Source: Lachnospiraceae bacterium
GTDB lineage: Bacteria > Bacillota > Clostridia > Lachnospirales > Lachnospiraceae
Length of the DNA: 64,000 bases
Assembly (NCBI GenBank): GCA_028721415.1
Contig: JAQYIU010000039.1
Span: 29,729 to 93,728 of the forward strand
Direction of reading: 5' to 3'
Part shown: positions 59,329-64,000 of the stretch, in pieces
Layout of the letters: every line of letters begins with the position of its first letter
Position numbering within the stretch: the stretch's first letter is position 1
The notes under the pieces: model-generated
Told to the model about the DNA's origin: nothing
The model's database searches: none
What the model saw: only the letters and a program-made list of their open reading frames with translations
Translations under genes and position numbers: made by a program

Positions 59329-62300
59329 ATGAATCAGGTAAAAAGACTGTATGTGGAGAAGAAACCGGATTATGCGGTAAAAGCAAAAGAACTTGCAGAA
59401 GAACTGCAATCTTATCTTTCCATTGAAAGTATTCGTAATGTAAGAGTTTTAATCCGTTACGACGTGGAAAATGTATCCGACGCAACCTTTAAAAAAGCGA
59501 TGGGAACCGTATTTTCCGAGCCGCCGGTAGATTATTTATATGAGGAAGATTTCCCGAAAGAAGAGGGAGATAAAGTATTCAGCGTGGAATTTCTTCCGGG
59601 ACAGTTTGACCAGAGAGCAGACTCTGCGGTTCAGTGTGTGCAGTTATTAAACGAAAAAGAGACTCCGGTCATCCGTTCAGCTACAACATATGTATTATCC
59701 GGTGATATTACAGAAGAAGAATTTGCGAAGATCAAAGCATATTGTATCAACCCGGTGGATTCCAGAGAAACCGATGAGACAAAACCGGAGACTCTGATTA
59801 TGGAATATGAAGACCCTGCCGATGTATCCGTATTTGAAGGATTTAAGGATATGCCTGAAGAGGAACTCAAAGCTCTTTATGATTCCCTTGGTCTTGCCAT
59901 GACATTTAAGGATTTCCTTCATATTCAAAACTATTATAAGAATGAAGAAGACCGTAACCCAACCATGACCGAGATTCGTGTGCTGGATACCTATTGGTCA
60001 GATCATTGCCGTCATACTACCTTCTCAACTGAATTAAAAGATGTTTCCTTTGAGGATGGATATTTCAAACCGCTTTTTGAGAAGACATTTGAAGAATATA
60101 AGAAAGACAGAGCAGAGATTTACGGTGACAGAAAAGATAAATTCATCTGTCTCATGGATCTTGCCCTGATGGCAATGAAAAAACTGAAAAAAGACGGTGT
60201 TCTTGACAATATGGAAGAGAGCGACGAGATCAATGCCTGCAGTATTGTAGTGCCTGTTGAGTTTGAAGATAAGACCGAAGAATGGCTGATCAGTTTCAAG
60301 AATGAAACCCACAACCATCCAACAGAGATCGAACCATTCGGTGGTGCCGCTACCTGTCTTGGTGGAGCAATCCGTGACCCGTTATCAGGACGTTCTTATG
60401 TATATCAGGCAATGCGTGTGACCGGATGTGCAGATCCTACCGTTCCATTATCTGAGACTATGGAAGGTAAGCTTTCCCAGAGAAAACTGACTACAGGTGC
60501 TGCAAAGGGATACAGCTCCTATGGTAACCAGATCGGACTTGCTACCGGATTGGTTGATGAGATTTATCATCCGGGCTATGTGGCAAAACGTATGGAGATT
60601 GGTGCCGTTATGGGCGCAGCCCCAAGAAAGAATGTTATTCGTGAGACTTCTGATCCGGGCGATATCATCGTACTTTTAGGTGGACGTACCGGACGTGACG
60701 GCTGCGGTGGAGCAACCGGTTCCTCCAAGGCTCATACGACAGAATCCATCGATACCTGTGGTGCTGAAGTACAGAAAGGTAATCCGCCAACAGAAAGAAA
60801 GATTCAGAGACTTTTCCGCAGAGAGGAAGTCAGCCGTCTGATAAAGAAATGTAACGACTTTGGTGCAGGTGGTGTGTCCGTTGCTATCGGTGAGCTTGCA
60901 GACGGTCTTCAGATTGACCTTGATAAAGTACCTAAGAAATATGCTGGTCTTGACGGTACCGAACTTGCAATTTCCGAATCTCAGGAACGTATGGCAGTTG
61001 TCCTTGATCCGAATGATGTGGATCAGTTCCTCGCTTATGCAGCAGAAGAGAACCTGGAAGCAATCGCTGTTGCAGTAGTTACCGAAGAAAAACGTCTTGT
61101 CATGAGCTGGAGAGGCAAAGAAATCGTAAACCTCTCAAGAGCATTCCTCGATACCAACGGTGCTCATCAGGAGACAAGTGTTGTTGTCAATATGCCGGAT
61201 GAGAAAGAATGTTATTATGCAGCAAATGATGCGGTGACAGATATCAAAGTAACCTGGCTGAATACTCTGGCAGATTTAAATGTATGTTCCAAAAAAGGTC
61301 TGGTGGAAATGTTCGACAGTTCCATCGGAGCAGGAACTGTTACCATGCCATTTGGTGGAAAGACACAGCTTACTCCAATCCAGACCATGATTGCCAAATT
61401 ACCGGTTCTGGAAGGGAAAACAGATCTTACAACCATGATGTCCTATGGTTTTGATCCGAACTTATCCAGCTGGAGCCCATACCACGGAGCAGTTTACGCT
61501 GTACTGGAATCTGTAGCTAAAATCGTAGCTTCCGGTGGAGATTACAAGAAGATTCGTCTTACTTTCCAGGAATATTTTGAGAGACTGGGTGAAGATCCGA
61601 CTCGCTGGGGCAAACCATTTGCAGCCCTTCTCGGATCCTTCAATGCACAGATGGGATTCAAGATTCCTTCCATCGGTGGAAAAGACAGTATGTCCGGTTC
61701 CTTTGAAGATATCGATGTTCCACCGACACTGGTTTCCTTTGCTGTGGATTACACCAAAGCAAGCCATGTTGTGACACCGGAATTAAAGGCAGCAGGCAAT
61801 ACTCTTGTTCGCGTTGATATTCCATTCGACGAATATGGTATTCCGGTATATGAGAAAGCCGGAGCAATCTATGACAGCGTACATGAACTGACCAAGAATG
61901 GAACAGTGGTATCTGCTTACGCTCTTGGAGCAGGCGGTCTCATCGAAGCAATCAGTAAGATGGCTTTCGGTAACCTTCTTGGCGTGAAGATTGCTGATGA
62001 ACTTCCAATGGAAGAATTAAATAAAAAATGTTATGGTTCTTTACTCTTAGAAGTAAAAGCTGGAGCAGAACTTGATCTGGATGTGGTTTATGTCGGACAG
62101 GTTACTGACGAAAAAGCAGTACAGATCGGAGATGTTGAGATTTCTCTTGATGAGATGATGAAAACATGGGAAGCACCATTAGAATCCGTATTCCCTACCA
62201 AGACAAAATCAGGGAAAGAAGACGTATCTCAGCCACTCTACACAGATGGACAGATCTATATCTGCAAGAATAAAGTAGCAAAACCTAAGGTATTTATTCC

Positions 62301-63078
62301 GGTATTCCCAGGAACCAACTGTGAATACGATTCCACAAAAGCATTCCAGAGAGCAGGCGCAGATGTTCAGACTCTCGTATTTAAGAATCAGTCTGAAACA
62401 GACATTCTTGATTCCGTAGATGCATTTGAAAAAGCAATCGCACAGTCTCAGATCATTATGTTCCCAGGTGGATTCAGTGCCGGTGACGAACCGGAAGGTT
62501 CTGCAAAATTCTTCGCAGCGGTATTCCGCAACCAGAAGATCAAGGAAGCTGTAATGAAACTCCTCAACGAAAGAGACGGTCTGGCACTTGGTATCTGTAA
62601 CGGATTTCAGGCACTGATCAAACTTGGACTGGTACCATACGGTGAGATCGTGGCTCAGACAGAAGATTCTCCTACTCTTACCATGAACGAGATCGGACGT
62701 CACGTTTCTACTATGGTATATACCAAAGTTGTCACCAACAAGTCCCCATGGCTCCAGGGCGCAACACCAGGTGATGTATATGCAATTCCTGCATCCCACG
62801 GTGAGGGACGTTTTGTAGCCAGCGAAGAATGGATCAAGAAATTATTCGCAAACGGACAGGTAGCAACCCAGTACGTAAACCTTGACGGAGAAGCAACCAT
62901 GGATGTTCGCTATAATCCTAATGGTTCCTACTACGCAATCGAAGGTATCACCAGCCCGGACGGACGTGTCCTCGGTAAGATGGCACACTCCGAACGTATT
63001 GGAGAAAATGTTGCGAAAAACATTTACGCAAAACAGGATCAGAAGATTTTCGAAAGTGGCGTAAATTATTTCAAATAA
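59329..63078 (+). CDS. purL: Phosphoribosylformylglycinamidine synthase (single-chain clostridial type)
   Basis: WSDHCRH, KNETHNHPTEIEPFGGA, GGKDSMSG, PGTNCE, GICNGFQ, SHGEG, GKMAHSER. GGAGG RBS before ATG 59329. Confidence 0.96.
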   Translation: MNQVKRLYVEKKPDYAVKAKELAEELQSYLSIESIRNVRVLIRYDVENVSDATFKKAMGTVFSEPPVDYLYEEDFPKEEGDKVFSVEFLPGQFDQRADSAVQCVQLLNEKETPVIRSATTYVLSGDITEEEFAKIKAYCINPVDSRETDETKPETLIMEYEDPADVSVFEGFKDMPEEELKALYDSLGLAMTFKDFLHIQNYYKNEEDRNPTMTEIRVLDTYWSDHCRHTTFSTELKDVSFEDGYFKPLFEKTFEEYKKDRAEIYGDRKDKFICLMDLALMAMKKLKKDGVLDNMEESDEINACSIVVPVEFEDKTEEWLISFKNETHNHPTEIEPFGGAATCLGGAIRDPLSGRSYVYQAMRVTGCADPTVPLSETMEGKLSQRKLTTGAAKGYSSYGNQIGLATGLVDEIYHPGYVAKRMEIGAVMGAAPRKNVIRETSDPGDIIVLLGGRTGRDGCGGATGSSKAHTTESIDTCGAEVQKGNPPTERKIQRLFRREEVSRLIKKCNDFGAGGVSVAIGELADGLQIDLDKVPKKYAGLDGTELAISESQERMAVVLDPNDVDQFLAYAAEENLEAIAVAVVTEEKRLVMSWRGKEIVNLSRAFLDTNGAHQETSVVVNMPDEKECYYAANDAVTDIKVTWLNTLADLNVCSKKGLVEMFDSSIGAGTVTMPFGGKTQLTPIQTMIAKLPVLEGKTDLTTMMSYGFDPNLSSWSPYHGAVYAVLESVAKIVASGGDYKKIRLTFQEYFERLGEDPTRWGKPFAALLGSFNAQMGFKIPSIGGKDSMSGSFEDIDVPPTLVSFAVDYTKASHVVTPELKAAGNTLVRVDIPFDEYGIPVYEKAGAIYDSVHELTKNGTVVSAYALGAGGLIEAISKMAFGNLLGVKIADELPMEELNKKCYGSLLLEVKAGAELDLDVVYVGQVTDEKAVQIGDVEISLDEMMKTWEAPLESVFPTKTKSGKEDVSQPLYTDGQIYICKNKVAKPKVFIPVFPGTNCEYDSTKAFQRAGADVQTLVFKNQSETDILDSVDAFEKAIAQSQIIMFPGGFSAGDEPEGSAKFFAAVFRNQKIKEAVMKLLNERDGLALGICNGFQALIKLGLVPYGEIVAQTEDSPTLTMNEIGRHVSTMVYTKVVTNKSPWLQGATPGDVYAIPASHGEGRFVASEEWIKKLFANGQVATQYVNLDGEATMDVRYNPNGSYYAIEGITSPDGRVLGKMAHSERIGENVAKNIYAKQDQKIFESGVNYFK

Positions 63079-63098
63079 ACTAATATAAAAGAAAATAG

Positions 63099-63150
63099 AA
63101 AAAGAGGCGTCGCAGTTGGGTATTCATCCCATACTGCGGCACCTCTTTTT
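63099..63150. terminator. Bidirectional terminator after purL
   Basis: AAAAGAGG.GTCGCAGT.TGGG / CCCA.ACTGCGGC.CCTCTTTT. Confidence 0.8.
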
Positions 63151-63211
63151 ACATAAATAAGCGTACCAATCTGTCTCTGATAAATCTGTTCAGAGACAAA
63201 ATTAATCTTAA

Positions 63212-63379
63212 TTAGTCTTCATTATTATTCATCTCGGAATCCTTCCGACTAATCCACTCTTTCGCAATCAAATTAATATATTGGCTGAAAGAACGGTCAT
63301 CTTCATCTGCCAGTTTCTTTAATTTAGAAACCAGGTCATTATCTAAAGTGATACTTACTTTCGTCTTTAACGGCTTCAT
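63212..63379 (-). CDS. Ribbon-helix-helix (CopG/Arc-like) DNA-binding protein, 55 aa (below ORF-track cutoff)
   Basis: MKPLKTKVSITLDNDLVSKLKKLADEDDRSFSQYINLIAKEWISRKDSEMNNNED; AAGGA RBS. Confidence 0.85.
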   Translation of the reverse strand: MKPLKTKVSITLDNDLVSKLKKLADEDDRSFSQYINLIAKEWISRKDSEMNNNED

Positions 63380-63585
63380 ATTACCAAAATCCTTTTTTTA
63401 TTTCAAAGATACCATTTTGTAATACAAAATGCAAGTTTATAACACATAGTATGACAAAGTAGGATAATAATAATGCTCTTACACTTGAAAGAATATTATT
63501 TTGATTAGTTTGAATCAAAACTTATCAAAAAATCTTCTCCAAGAAAAAAAGATTGGCGTATATAATATTGAAAAATCATATAAAA

Positions 63586-63642
63586 TATGATAATGTATTA
63601 TAAAGTAGGATAAAAGAGGATGGTATAGGACAATCGTAGGAT
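63586..63642 (+). repeat. Six 10-bp-phased TAGGAT-like hexamers (candidate RHH operator array)
   Basis: TATGAT 63586, TATTAT 63596, TAGGAT 63606, GAGGAT 63616, TAGGAC 63626, TAGGAT 63637. Confidence 0.65.
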
Positions 63643-63802
63643 GAAGCTGCAAAACATAAAAATGATGTTGCCTGCAGTTTACCTTCCTTTGCCCTGCGAT
63701 TGTCCTGCGAATCCTGATTTATCACAAACGAATCAAATATTGAATAACGGGTTGTGATAATAGGTGTTTACCAAACATCAATTCAAAAGGAGAGGATAAG
63801 AA

Positions 63803-64000
63803 ATGAGAAAAAGAATGATAAAGCCAAAAATCTTTAGTTTTGCCCTGGCCCTTTTTATCGCATTGGGCGCAGCGAAACTTTCGGTATACGCCGAACCGAC
63901 AGAGAACGCCGGGCAGGGAAATCCAGGCGCTGATCTTGGAGCGGTTACATACTCTATCGACAGCGACCAGATTGATGTATCTGATGTGACACCTTACAGT
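63803..64000 (+). CDS. Secreted/cell-surface protein, 3'-truncated by window edge
   Basis: AGGAGAGG RBS; MRKRMIKPKIFSFALALFIALGAAKLSVYA-EP signal peptide; frame open to the end. Confidence 0.75.
   Translation, partial: MRKRMIKPKIFSFALALFIALGAAKLSVYAEPTENAGQGNPGADLGAVTYSIDSDQIDVSDVTPYS

Noticed and set aside
63212-63379. Toxin-antitoxin module around the RHH gene
   Set aside because: No toxin-sized ORF follows it; only about 60 nt remain before the purL terminator.

Overview
Low-GC Firmicutes chromosome segment, Clostridia/Lachnospiraceae-like by gene content and SigA promoter/RBS style. It is mostly core housekeeping genes on the + strand. In order: the end of a microcompartment operon (two tandem EutL-like shell genes), CarD, T-box-aspS, Na+/H+-pyrophosphatase, orphan phosphate acyltransferase, GH25 lysozyme, EutP, aroE, yitJ-metH, GT2-LCP, ilvN-ilvC, M16 peptidase-era-recO, a decayed accessory patch, glyQS, GSIII glnA, folC-folP-folBK-pheA, LTA synthase, GH3, purF-purB, MurJ-like flippase, purA, rnfCDGEAB, sporulation genes, luxS, purL, and an RHH regulator divergent from a secreted-protein gene. 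No rRNA, tRNA, CRISPR array or intact transposase was seen. The most interesting signals are non-coding. (1) A ~250-nt rod-like nested-hairpin element occurs twice (10570-10817 and, inverted, 35168-35428) with compensatory base-pair changes. (2) An unannotated RHH gene faces a 10-bp-phased TAGGAT array and a structured leader. (3) The T-box in front of aspS has an Asn (AAC) specifier. (4) Alternative hairpins plus a perfect 26-bp inverted repeat precede the methionine-synthesis genes. (5) An alpha/beta hydrolase lacks its nucleophile Ser. All calls come from reading the sequence; no database search was run.
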